A DNA stretch of 64,000 bases from a bacterium. GTDB taxonomy: Bacteria > SZUA-182 > DTGQ01. Below, piece after piece: positions 9,885 through 19,289 of the stretch. A program made the translations under genes and the position numbers. The notes under the pieces are model-generated. The model ran no database searches, had not been told where the DNA came from, and saw only the letters and a program-made list of their open reading frames with translations. The DNA is taken from positions 1 through 64,000 of the forward strand of contig JBFMGO010000003.1 in NCBI GenBank assembly GCA_040752695.1, read 5' to 3'. Position 1 is the first letter of the stretch. Every line of letters starts with the position of its first letter.

Positions 9885-10119
9885 CTGTTGAGGGCACTTC
9901 CAGGAGTTTTTCGATCCATCCGAGCTTCCGAGGGGTTCTCGATCTATCCGAGGGAGTTTCTCGATCCGAATGACTGAGTACACCACGTATGAAATAGGCG
10001 TCCGGTTATCGTCTTCACCTTTTGCGATAGTTCGTCCTCCCTTTTTATGATATTTCATACTCCCCTTTTGTGATAAGGCTCTTTATCAACCTTTGGTAAA
10101 GGAGGAATCTGCCAGGTAA

Positions 10120-11190
10120 TTATTGCTGTCCGTGCCCGGATTCTGCGAGGCGGGTGTGAGTGCGATAGCGAGAGTAGCCCAGTTGTCCGCACGCGGCATT
10201 GATATCCCGCCCTCTGCTTCTTCTGACCGTGACGGTCATGTGGTGCTGGACAAGGATCTGCTGAAACCGGTCGAGGCTCGACTCCGAACATTCCCTGAAG
10301 GGGAGGTATGGATTGGGATTATAAGGGATCAGATTGATCTTACAGGGGATTCCCTGGAGATTTCGGCAAAGTTGCCGGGCTGCCTCAGGGGAGTCATTCA
10401 CTCCATCCATGAGGATATACTCAATCGTAAACCTTCTTCGGCTGGCGATAGGGAAATCCCGCAACGCCTGAAGAAGGGTTTCCAGATTATAGCGCCGGTT
10501 GATCGGCATCAGGCCATTGCGAACATCATCAAAGGGCGCATTGATTGAAATGGCCAGGTTGATGCCCAGACCTTCCTTTTGTAACTGATATAGCCGATCG
10601 ACCAGTCCAGCCGTAGATAAGGTAATATGGCGGGGAGAGATGTTCAGCCCAAGGGGAGAGGTCATGAGACGAATGGCCTGGACTGTGTTCTGATAATTGT
10701 CCAGTGGCTCTCCCATACCCATGAGAACGATATTCATGGTTCTTTTATCCGCAGGGAGGCGCTTTTTTACCTGAAGTACCTGATCGGCTATCTCGTGCTT
10801 CGAAAGGTTTCGGATAAATCCCATCCGGGCGGTCAGGCAGAAGCGGCATCCCTGCCGGCAGCCGAGTTGAGTCGAAATGCACAGGGTCAGGCGATCCTGA
10901 TCAGGAATGAGGACGCTTTCAATATCGAGTCCTTCCGGCAGCCGGAATACAAACTTGGTGCAGCCATCCTCAGCGGTTTTGGCTTCGACCAGGGGAAGCT
11001 CGGAAACAAAGTACCCCTCCTCAAGCTTGTGGCGGCAGGACTTGGAAAGATCCGTCATCTCCTCGAAGTTCACGACACCGCGATGATAAATCCATACGGC
11101 CAGTTGCCGGGCGCGATAAGGTTTTTCTCCCATTTCCTTCAGAAGGTTTTCAACCTCCGGAAAAGAAAGGATTTTGATATCCTTTTTCAT
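10120..11190 (-). CDS. rlmN: 23S rRNA (adenine2503-C2)-methyltransferase, radical SAM
   Basis: CxxxCxxC (CRQGCRFC), MGMGEP, INLIPYN, AACGQL. Confidence 0.97.
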   Translation of the reverse strand: MKKDIKILSFPEVENLLKEMGEKPYRARQLAVWIYHRGVVNFEEMTDLSKSCRHKLEEGYFVSELPLVEAKTAEDGCTKFVFRLPEGLDIESVLIPDQDRLTLCISTQLGCRQGCRFCLTARMGFIRNLSKHEIADQVLQVKKRLPADKRTMNIVLMGMGEPLDNYQNTVQAIRLMTSPLGLNISPRHITLSTAGLVDRLYQLQKEGLGINLAISINAPFDDVRNGLMPINRRYNLETLLQALRDFPIASRRRFTIEYILMDGVNDSPEAARQLCRNLQGIPCKINLIPYNPNPYLPFRECSESSLDRFQQILVQHHMTVTVRRSRGRDINAACGQLGYSRYRTHTRLAESGHGQQ

Positions 11191-11252
11191 GCTCTTATGA
11201 TAGCATTTTTACCCGGCAACAGGCAATGGAAAGACGCACCTTTATAAAAGAC

Positions 11253-13364
11253 TTACCACAGAATCCTTTGTGGAAAGAGCCAGAGATCCTGGAGAATGCT
11301 CTGGCTTGGCACAATGGGCCAAAAGCCTGCATTGAACGACTGCGAGTTCAGGAGCTGGAAGGTGAGGAGTTGCGTGTCGAGCGGCTGAAGGTTCTGTGAA
11401 ATAAGAGAGCCTGGCTGCCAGGCCAGGGAAGGGAAAATGCCCTGGATACTCTGTATACCTTGTATGCCGCCTTGTATGCCCTGGATGCTCTGCTGTGTTC
11501 CCAGCGGCCAATTCGCCGAAGAAGAACTCTGTTGGCGAAAGATTGCCGGCTGACTGCTGATTGAGTTCATCAGTTGACCCGTGGTTGAGTTCAGAGTGAA
11601 TAATCCACTGCCGCCCATGGTATAGCTGCCGACGAGGCTATTGACTGATCCCTGGCCAAGCAGGGTGAGCGGGAGAAGCCAATCTGCCAGACCCATGATT
11701 TGAGCCGTTGCCGCAGAGGGCGAACCTTCGGTCTGGCCAATCAGGGAAGGGATCGGGTAGGGGATGCCGCTCAGCACCCCTTGCTGGCTGATAGCCTTGG
11801 GCCATCCGGTTTGAGCCTGAAGAAGCCACTGAGAGCTGGTCAGACTGCCGGCCAGGCCACTCAGGACTCCCAGGCCGCCCAGGCCCCCCAGCCCCGCCAG
11901 TCCCCACCATGGAGTGACGGCCAGAGATTGTGTCACGGCTGCGGGCACAGTGCTGGGCACAAAAGGGACACGATAACCAAGTACCTGTGCCGTAGCCGCA
12001 GAACTGACAGCGGCGCTGACTGCGGCGTAGGCATTTACCATTCCCCAGCCATAGTACTCGTCCCATCCGGCAGTCCCCAGGTCACGGGCCGTAGTCTCCA
12101 GAATTGACCTTACATCAGCCGGAGTCATGGTGCCAACGCTGGCTGAAAGAACCATGGCAGCCACAGAACTGACATTGGCCGCGGCCCAGGAAGTCCCCCG
12201 GCCCATGTAATAGCCGAAGGATTTGAAATTGGTGCCGTCGTGGGTCTGCTGCAAGATACCATCAGGTGCACCGTCATAGTTCTGATCCACGTTCAGATCT
12301 CCCCCTGGAGCACAAAGGTCGATATCCACGCCATAGTTGGAATAACTGCCCAGCGTAAGATCGAACCGAACCCCGCTGACCGAGATACATGCCGGATAAG
12401 ACGCCGGATAATTAGGAGTGTTGACTCCATTATTTCCGGCAGAGCAAACCAGAAGGCAGCCGTTGTTATAGGCGTAATTCACTGCATCTTCCAGAGCCGC
12501 TGTAGGATTATCCCCGAACCCAAGGCTCATGTTGATGATCTTGGCACCGTTATTGGCCGCGTAGTAGATCCCGTCTACAATATCGGTCAAGGCTCCGCTT
12601 CCGGTGCTGTCCATTACCTTTACCGGCATGATCGTGACCCCGAAAGCCGCCCCTGCACATCCCACCCCGTTGCCGGTAGTCTGGGCTATGGTGCCGGTGA
12701 TATGGGTTCCATGCCCCTCGTCGTCGTCCGGGTTGGGATCATTATTGACGAAATCATAACCTGCCACAAAGCTGGTTCCGGCCAGATCCGGAGCCTGGCC
12801 GTAAACGTCGAAATTTTCATAAGCTACTCCCGTATCCAACACGGCCACGACTACACCTGAGCCGATGCTGATGTCCCAGGCCGCAGTCGCATTCATCATG
12901 GGCAGATGCCACTGATAGATAAAGAAAGGGTCATTGGGTATAAAATGAGCATACCCGAACCAGTTGGGTTCTACATACAGGACTGCGGGCTCTGCCCGCA
13001 AAAGAGTAATAATCTGGGCGACCGGAACCTGAGCGGGAAGGAAACATCTTCGAATGCCCGAATAGGGACTGAAAGAAACCTCCCTGATCTGATAGCGTGT
13101 GTAGACAGCTAAAATCTGATTGTTCATTACTCCTGGCTTAAACTTCAGCAGAATTTCCTGAGGTGCCGAGACCGGCCTGACCGTGTTAACCACATACCGG
13201 GGCTGTAATATTCGAATACCAAGGGGATAGACAACTGCCGCACGCCCCTGACCGGCTGAGAGTAAGACAGCCAGGAACGCCATGAAAAGAAGGACGGGGA
13301 AAGCGGGGGGAATGATAGCCGGGATAGGATTATGTATGCTAAGAGCGAGATTCTCTTCTCTCAT
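11253..13364 (-). CDS. S8 (subtilisin-like) serine peptidase with prodomain and low-complexity C-terminal extension
   Basis: Signal peptide, VLDTG, HGTH, oxyanion SAGN, catalytic GTSWA, GWD..YGWG end of domain. Confidence 0.9.
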   Translation of the reverse strand: MREENLALSIHNPIPAIIPPAFPVLLFMAFLAVLLSAGQGRAAVVYPLGIRILQPRYVVNTVRPVSAPQEILLKFKPGVMNNQILAVYTRYQIREVSFSPYSGIRRCFLPAQVPVAQIITLLRAEPAVLYVEPNWFGYAHFIPNDPFFIYQWHLPMMNATAAWDISIGSGVVVAVLDTGVAYENFDVYGQAPDLAGTSFVAGYDFVNNDPNPDDDEGHGTHITGTIAQTTGNGVGCAGAAFGVTIMPVKVMDSTGSGALTDIVDGIYYAANNGAKIINMSLGFGDNPTAALEDAVNYAYNNGCLLVCSAGNNGVNTPNYPASYPACISVSGVRFDLTLGSYSNYGVDIDLCAPGGDLNVDQNYDGAPDGILQQTHDGTNFKSFGYYMGRGTSWAAANVSSVAAMVLSASVGTMTPADVRSILETTARDLGTAGWDEYYGWGMVNAYAAVSAAVSSAATAQVLGYRVPFVPSTVPAAVTQSLAVTPWWGLAGLGGLGGLGVLSGLAGSLTSSQWLLQAQTGWPKAISQQGVLSGIPYPIPSLIGQTEGSPSAATAQIMGLADWLLPLTLLGQGSVNSLVGSYTMGGSGLFTLNSTTGQLMNSISSQPAIFRQQSSSSANWPLGTQQSIQGIQGGIQGIQSIQGIFPSLAWQPGSLISQNLQPLDTQLLTFQLLNSQSFNAGFWPIVPSQSILQDLWLFPQRILW

Positions 13365-13494
13365 TATAACTTCTTCTCCTCAAAACGGTGAGAATACCAT
13401 GCGCATGTTGAGCATCCCAAAAAGCACAAAATCTCTCCGGAGTGCCCCCTGAATGCTTTAGAAGTCATGCATTAAAATGGGCCGGGAAATGCAT

Positions 13495-13580
13495 CAATAA
13501 TGCACCAGCAATGTAACGGCAATGCGCCAGCAATGGAACAGCAAAGCACCAGCAATGCACCGGCAATGGAACAACACTAT
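13495..13580. repeat. 11-bp-period degenerate tandem repeat
   Basis: gcaccagcaat / gtaacggcaat / gcgccagcaat / ggaacagcaaa / gcaccagcaat / gcaccggcaat. Confidence 0.8.
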
Positions 13581-14147
13581 GCCAGGGAATATACCTTTAG
13601 CTTATGGCCATGATCATACAAGTAATGTACCAGGAGGGCACAGTAAGAGGCTGTCAATGGCTATCATACTGGTTATATGGATGTTTATATCGTGCCTGAC
13701 TTTTATCGGGGAGGAAATCATAAGGGCCCTGTTGTTCAAATTATGACCATGGCAGGCCCATACATGAAACACCACCGAAGAGGTCCATCCGTGGACCGTC
13801 TCTGACGAAAAGGTGCCCTTTTGCCGCGATACAAGAGACATTACCACCGGCTATGCTTTTACGATTCCTTAATGACAGCTTCTCATTGATTTCCCCTTAA
13901 CAAAATGCTATATTGATTATTTCGCTGGTAATATAATCAAAGAATCTTTGTTTTCACTTTTCCCTGGCCATGGCTTTTATAATAGAGGAGATAACAGTAA
14001 AAAACGTAAGAACTCTTAAAAATATGAGTCTATCATGTAATATCTGAGACAGTTAATATCCAAATTGGTTAATATTTTAACATCTATTAACATTAAATAT
14101 TAGTTTGGTATGTTTTTTGTACTTTTTCAGTTTAGCTATGGAGGTGT

Positions 14148-14378
14148 GTGTTCATGAGTTTGCCAAAGGAAAAAGAGGCATCCAAAACGCCTACGGAAAC
14201 GGTAATTGGCTGGTTGTTTATCTTTTTTAGCTTTTTGGTGATGGCCTTGGGTTATAACAACAGTGAGATCAATACCGCGTTCTGGGTGGGAGTAGGTATG
14301 ATCCCCGTGGGGATTATCTGCATAGTGCTTGGAAAGCAAAAGCAAAAAAACGCAAAGGCCTGCTCAACCAGCAGGTAA
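14148..14378 (+). CDS. small two-TM membrane protein (hypothetical)
   Basis: SD GGAGGT, two hydrophobic segments, basic tail; ATG at 14154 is a likely alternative start. Confidence 0.65.
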   Translation: MFMSLPKEKEASKTPTETVIGWLFIFFSFLVMALGYNNSEINTAFWVGVGMIPVGIICIVLGKQKQKNAKACSTSR

Positions 14379-14391
14379 ACGGCAAAAGACC

Positions 14392-14427
14392 CCGGCAGGC
14401 AGGGGCTTATATGACCCTGCCTGCCGG
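14392..14427. terminator. strong hairpin between convergent genes
   Basis: ccggcaggcaggg / ccctgcctgccgg 13-bp stem. Confidence 0.55.
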
Positions 14428-14471
14428 AAGATGAGAACGGTTTTTCAGCCGGTTAAGCTACCTCATGAACT

Positions 14472-15251
14472 TTAAAAGGTAGAGTAATTGAGAAATACGG
14501 CTTTGTTGTCTTTATCCTCATAGTGAGAATTATGTTGCCCATTTCCTGTGGAATGTTGCAGATAAATGTCCCTGCCCTGATCGGCCAGATTGCCGTTGAA
14601 AGAATTGGTGTTGATCTCTCCTGTTGATTCCATGAGGGAAATCCCTCCGCCTTCGCCCTGTTCTGCCAGATTTCCGGCAAATTCGTTGTTACCTATATGC
14701 ACCGTGGATCGCAAGGCGAACACTCCCGATCCTTCACCCTGCCCTGCCCGGTTATTAAGGAATTTATTTCTCTCAATGACTGCACAAGACTGATAGCAGA
14801 AGATTCCTCCTCCAAGTCCCCGATCAGCCACGTTATTTCTGAAGATATTATTGACTATCCGGGGACTGGACTGATAGCAGGCTATTCCCCCCCCTTCGTC
14901 TGCGTTGCCGCGGGCATTTCCATTCTGGATAATCAGCCCTTCGATCCTGCCATTACTGCCATTTTTCAGGATAAGGCAAGGCCCCTTATTTCCTCCGTCA
15001 AGGATGACGGCCCCTTCGGATCCTTTCCTTTCGATGTTCACGGATTTGCCATCGATAACCAGGTTCTCCTGATACTTTCCGGGAGAGATTGAAATGGTAT
15101 CCCCATCCTGTGCCTTATTGATTGCATCTTGCAGGGTGCTCCAATTTTTTGAGGGAACGTTGAGAGTGGCAGCTTCCACAGCGAGTGAAAGTCCAATCAA
15201 TACTATAAGCAGCCCCCGGGTTACGATATTTTTTATGATACGTTGTCTCAT
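14472..15251 (-). CDS. secreted right-handed parallel beta-helix (pectin-lyase-like fold) protein
   Basis: Signal peptide, TLQDAIN.AQDGDTI.ISPG.Y.EN cap, repeated GGGI.C/N..F.NN.A coils; SD AAGGAG before ATG 15251. Confidence 0.85.
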   Translation of the reverse strand: MRQRIIKNIVTRGLLIVLIGLSLAVEAATLNVPSKNWSTLQDAINKAQDGDTISISPGKYQENLVIDGKSVNIERKGSEGAVILDGGNKGPCLILKNGSNGRIEGLIIQNGNARGNADEGGGIACYQSSPRIVNNIFRNNVADRGLGGGIFCYQSCAVIERNKFLNNRAGQGEGSGVFALRSTVHIGNNEFAGNLAEQGEGGGISLMESTGEINTNSFNGNLADQGRDIYLQHSTGNGQHNSHYEDKDNKAVFLNYSTF

Positions 15252-15369
15252 CGGTTGATTCTCCTTCATGAGCCTGGCACTATGAAATTTCTCACTCATA
15301 CCATAAGCCTTTATAATCTTGCATTCTTTATAATCTTGCATAACGATCTAAAAATTTCCTCCGTTTTGC

Positions 15370-17658
15370 CTAATTTTCCGTGAAGTCTATCTCTTTGAGG
15401 GTATCCTTGGTCAGGGGTCCCATGCCTGTCTGAATCTTCAGATACCTCCCCTGCTTCGGAGTAACGGGAGTGCTCACCCACTCAGGAGGAGTGCCCTGCA
15501 CTGCCGCTGGCCAGTTAGCCTTTACCGCGGTCCCGAAGTCTGCCGGATCATCGCTCACGAAGATTGTCCACTGCCGCACGGCGGAGGTGGCGAGTAAAAA
15601 GCGGATCTGGCTTACCAGACAGCTTTGCCCTAAATCGTAAACGACCCAGTGATCAGGGAAGGGAGACTCAAAATTTCCCGTCTCCGGATGATCGTCAATC
15701 AACAGTTCCGAAGCATAGAATAAATTATCGGAATGAACTCCCTGTGGAGTTCTCCAGATTACGGAAGAAGAAACGCTCGCCTCGAAAGTCCATGAAGGAG
15801 AGGTCAGGCTATGGCCTGCCGCATCCTGGACCGATACGGTCACGGTGATTGTCTCCTGACAGCCAAAATCGGTCTCAGGATTCAGCACAACCTGATAACA
15901 CTGAGCTCTGCCGGCTACAGGATCAGCCTCAAGCTGGCTGTCAATTCCATAGTGATAGACACTGGAAAATCCAAGTGAACCCTGCAAGGAAACAGTGAGG
16001 GTATTAAGATCGATGTCATCTGTCCCGTTGGAAAGGAGGAGGAAGCTGAGGTTATCATCTATGGCAACTTCACTGCTGCCTGGATCGGGGGACAACAGCC
16101 GCATCGAAGGGGGAAGGGGAGGAGTGGACCAGGAACCTTCAGGCACAGCCGGAGTCTGATAAGTGCGGTCATATTTTATGGGTGCAGGGCCGCCGTGACA
16201 ACCGACACAGACCTCGCTGTCTTCCAGAGTTCCGCCGCCTATGCCGCCAAGCACCGGCATATCACCGAAGTCGCTTTCATCGCCAAAGATGGTGGGAGTA
16301 TAACCGTCCGCTTTGTACCAGCGAAAACTCAGGGCCGGCGACTTATCCCCGGTGCCGGGAGTACTGATGAGTTCGCCGTGCCGGATCATGGCCGGATTGG
16401 GAGATCCGTGTACATTGTGACAGGCTGGACAGCTTATCCGGGAATCAATGATGGAATCGCCGAACTTAACGGCATCGGCCACCACAATTCCATTGGCCTG
16501 ATCGGAGAGAGAAACATATCCTGATGTCCCCTGAACAAAGGAAAAATAACCGAGCAGATTCCACATATTCCCATTGACCTGTTGGTTGACCGCTGTTGCA
16601 AAGCTTCCACCATTATACACAACGGTGAACTGTGCATCGCTGGCCAGGCTTGTGGAGGCAGGCCAACGGGCATATACCTTATACACTCCGCTTTGAGGAA
16701 TCAGAGGGGTCCAGGCAGCCGTATCGGTTCCGATACCTGGAGAATGCCATTGATAATCGGTACCATAATATCCTGCCAGGGTAGTGTCGAGAGGCCACTC
16801 ACCGATAACCACAGCACTTATATTGTCGATAATGATTTCATCCGGCACCTGCAAATAATCCCAGTCAGAATCCCAGGCCGTGCGTCCGGCACTCAAGTGG
16901 GATTGATGGCGGTTGATCCCGTCATCCTGGAAGTTGGTCTGATAAGGCTGGCTCGTTCCCAGGACCTCGGCGTAATTATGGCAGGTAAAGCAGAGGGCAA
17001 ACCGGTCCTGGGCATATCCGCCCTGAGGACCATTGCCCAAGGGGATGATCATCCGCTCTTTGAGCCGGTATCCGTTCTGGTAGTTGTGCAGATCATTGGG
17101 GTCCCAGGGGTTCGAGTCATGGGTGTAGGTTCTGGCCTCACCATCGATGTGCTTTGCCGTTACATCGTGACAGGCAGTGCAGGTTATCCTGTGGCCGGTA
17201 ATCAGGTAGCCGTAGGTGGCATTGTCCCCCATCACATTCGGAGCCGATACATCGCTCCAATCGCAGATTGAGCTGCCATCGTCATGACAACCCGCACACC
17301 AGTTTTCCAGGCCGGGCTTTAACTCGCTGCGACCCAGGCTTTCATCATATACTCCATTGGCCCAGTTGGCCTTGGCTCCCGCCACCGGATCATTCGAGCC
17401 GTCAAAGGCGCCGCCCTGGCTGTGACAACGATCGCAAATGGTGGTTTCCTCCAGTGACTGGCAATCCGCTAACATCCCCGTACAACCGGTGCCGCCGTGC
17501 ATCCTATGGCAGTCAAGACATCCCAGGCTCGTCCCCCTGAGATCTCTGCCGGTATGAGCGCTATGACTGTCATAAGCCACAGCGGGAACAGAGGTGCTCA
17601 GAATCGCTAATAACGCTATCAGTCTACAGATTGCATGTATCGTTTCTTTTTTTCCCAT
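15370..17658 (-). CDS. secreted multihaem c-type cytochrome (7 CxxCH) with inserted Golvesin/Xly CBD-like module, Ig-like and discoidin-like C-terminal domains
   Basis: CLDCH, CDRCH, CAGCH, CTACH, CFTCH, CPACH, CVGCH; IIDN...YKVYARWP...VNQQVNG.WNLLG...VVADAVKF module; WVVYDLG...GRYLKI tail. Confidence 0.85.
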   Translation of the reverse strand: MGKKETIHAICRLIALLAILSTSVPAVAYDSHSAHTGRDLRGTSLGCLDCHRMHGGTGCTGMLADCQSLEETTICDRCHSQGGAFDGSNDPVAGAKANWANGVYDESLGRSELKPGLENWCAGCHDDGSSICDWSDVSAPNVMGDNATYGYLITGHRITCTACHDVTAKHIDGEARTYTHDSNPWDPNDLHNYQNGYRLKERMIIPLGNGPQGGYAQDRFALCFTCHNYAEVLGTSQPYQTNFQDDGINRHQSHLSAGRTAWDSDWDYLQVPDEIIIDNISAVVIGEWPLDTTLAGYYGTDYQWHSPGIGTDTAAWTPLIPQSGVYKVYARWPASTSLASDAQFTVVYNGGSFATAVNQQVNGNMWNLLGYFSFVQGTSGYVSLSDQANGIVVADAVKFGDSIIDSRISCPACHNVHGSPNPAMIRHGELISTPGTGDKSPALSFRWYKADGYTPTIFGDESDFGDMPVLGGIGGGTLEDSEVCVGCHGGPAPIKYDRTYQTPAVPEGSWSTPPLPPSMRLLSPDPGSSEVAIDDNLSFLLLSNGTDDIDLNTLTVSLQGSLGFSSVYHYGIDSQLEADPVAGRAQCYQVVLNPETDFGCQETITVTVSVQDAAGHSLTSPSWTFEASVSSSVIWRTPQGVHSDNLFYASELLIDDHPETGNFESPFPDHWVVYDLGQSCLVSQIRFLLATSAVRQWTIFVSDDPADFGTAVKANWPAAVQGTPPEWVSTPVTPKQGRYLKIQTGMGPLTKDTLKEIDFTEN

Positions 17659-18167
17659 GATCTTTACTTCCCTGCCTCTCTGACCAGTAGTCTTTTTTAA
17701 TCCGGTGAAGTTCAAACATTGTTGTTACACGCACTGAATAAAAAATACACATACTCATACCTGACACTTTTTCATGGCTGATCTCCTTATGAATTGTAGA
17801 ATTGAAGTAGAATAATTCACCAGAAAACCCATAGAATAGAAATGGTAAATCAATACATATAATAAACATATATAATTAACAAAAATAATGAGCAAGATCG
17901 CTGATTATAGTATACTAATTTGAGTGCAATTGCGTCAAATATGGCATGAAAATATGGATAATGTTCAGCCCGTGGAAATTCCCCGGCCAATTGATCCTGC
18001 CCTCAATGGGCTCATATCTTCCCTCCTGTAATTCAAACGGTGGGCGTGGCTTTCAGGCACTTGAGCGCCGGAATGGTGCCTGTATTTTTTTATTTTTTTT
18101 TATTACCTATTATTTTAAATAAGAGCTATAATTAAGGTAGATCTAAGATAAAGGAGGTGTATGAATC

Positions 18168-18464
18168 ATGTACTTTATCATGAGATTTGACGTGCTCCCC
18201 GGGAAAATGAGCGAGGTGGACAAATTTCTCGATCAAGAGCTTCTGCCCTATTGGCTCTCCCACAATGAAGTGCATTCCGTTCAAGTTTTCGAAGACAAGT
18301 TCATCGGCTGGCCTGAAAGAACCGTGATGATAGAAATTGACGATATGTGCGCTTTACAAAGTATTCTGTCTTCGAGTGAAACACGACAAATGAAAGAGCA
18401 TTTTACTTCCTATGCCGGAGATATCCAGACCCAGATAATGGATAAAGTGTCTCAAAAACCATAA
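18168..18464 (+). CDS. small hypothetical protein (possible dimeric alpha-beta barrel), paralogue 1
   Basis: SD AAGGAGGT; highly similar to 18620..18928. Confidence 0.85.
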   Translation: MYFIMRFDVLPGKMSEVDKFLDQELLPYWLSHNEVHSVQVFEDKFIGWPERTVMIEIDDMCALQSILSSSETRQMKEHFTSYAGDIQTQIMDKVSQKP

Positions 18465-18487
18465 ACCGGCTGTAATTTTCTTGAGGG

Positions 18488-18532
18488 AAAAAGAGCGCCC
18501 CTTCTCAGAAATGAGAAGGGGCGCTCTTTTTT
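18488..18532 (+). terminator. intrinsic terminator (possibly bidirectional)
   Basis: aaaaagagcgccccttctca-gaaa-tgagaaggggcgctctttttt. Confidence 0.9.
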
Positions 18533-18619
18533 ATGGAGAATACCTAGTAATTTTTCTTGCCCCTTTTCTGAAATAAGAGCTATAATTGAAATAGAGCAAG
18601 TCATAAAAAAAGGGGGTGC

Positions 18620-18928
18620 ATGATAATGCATTTCATCATAAGATTTGACGTACTCCCTGGGAAATTGGGAGAAGTGGACAAGTACCTCGAAAAGGAGATG
18701 GTGCCTTACTGGACCTCTCATAAAGAAGTACGTTCCGTTCAGATATTCGAGGATTCTCTCATAGGATGGCCGGAGAGAATGCTGATGGTAGAAGTTGACG
18801 ATCTGGCCTGCCTGCAGCAAATCCTGGCTTCGCCTGAAACCCGGCATATGAAGGAGCTATTTACCTCCTATGCCACTGACATTCAGACTCAGATCGTGGA
18901 AAGAGTTTTCCGAGGGCCGGCAACATAG
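18620..18928 (+). CDS. small hypothetical protein, paralogue 2
   Basis: Shares RFDVLPGK..EVDK.L..E..PYW.SH.EV.SVQ.FED..IGWPER with paralogue 1. Confidence 0.85.
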   Translation: MIMHFIIRFDVLPGKLGEVDKYLEKEMVPYWTSHKEVRSVQIFEDSLIGWPERMLMVEVDDLACLQQILASPETRHMKELFTSYATDIQTQIVERVFRGPAT

Positions 18929-19289
18929 CGGATTTAACTCTTATAAGGTACGGATCTTTTGGATCTGCAACAGGTAAGATCCCCCTCATCCTCTTATAAA
19001 AGGGGGAGTAAGGGATGCCTTCGGATGAGAGTGATGGGTGCCTTCAAATGGAAGGAGCGGATTCTCGATCCTTAACCAGGTGGAATAAAGTCCTGGAGAT
19101 CCAGAGAAGACAAAGGGCATTTCTTGTATAGAGAAATGCCCTTTGCCTGTCCTAAGCCCCGCAGGTAATCATAAGAATAACAAAAAAGTTGCAAGAACTC
19201 CTGTAATTATGGTACATTCTTTTTACTGGCTAACTAGTGATAGACAAAAAGTTTTCAGATTCCTCGAAAATAAGGGAGGTAAAAAAGTC

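Noticed and set aside
10120..11190. Radical SAM enzyme as a maturase for the neighbouring Tyr-rich protein
   Set aside because: It has the full RlmN signature (MGMGEP, AACGQL) and is convergent with that gene; housekeeping role suffices.
13740..13900. Hairpins upstream of the S8 protease as a c-di-GMP or other riboswitch
   Set aside because: Stems exist (gtctct/agagac, ggtcca/tggacc) but I cannot match the conserved core of any riboswitch class.
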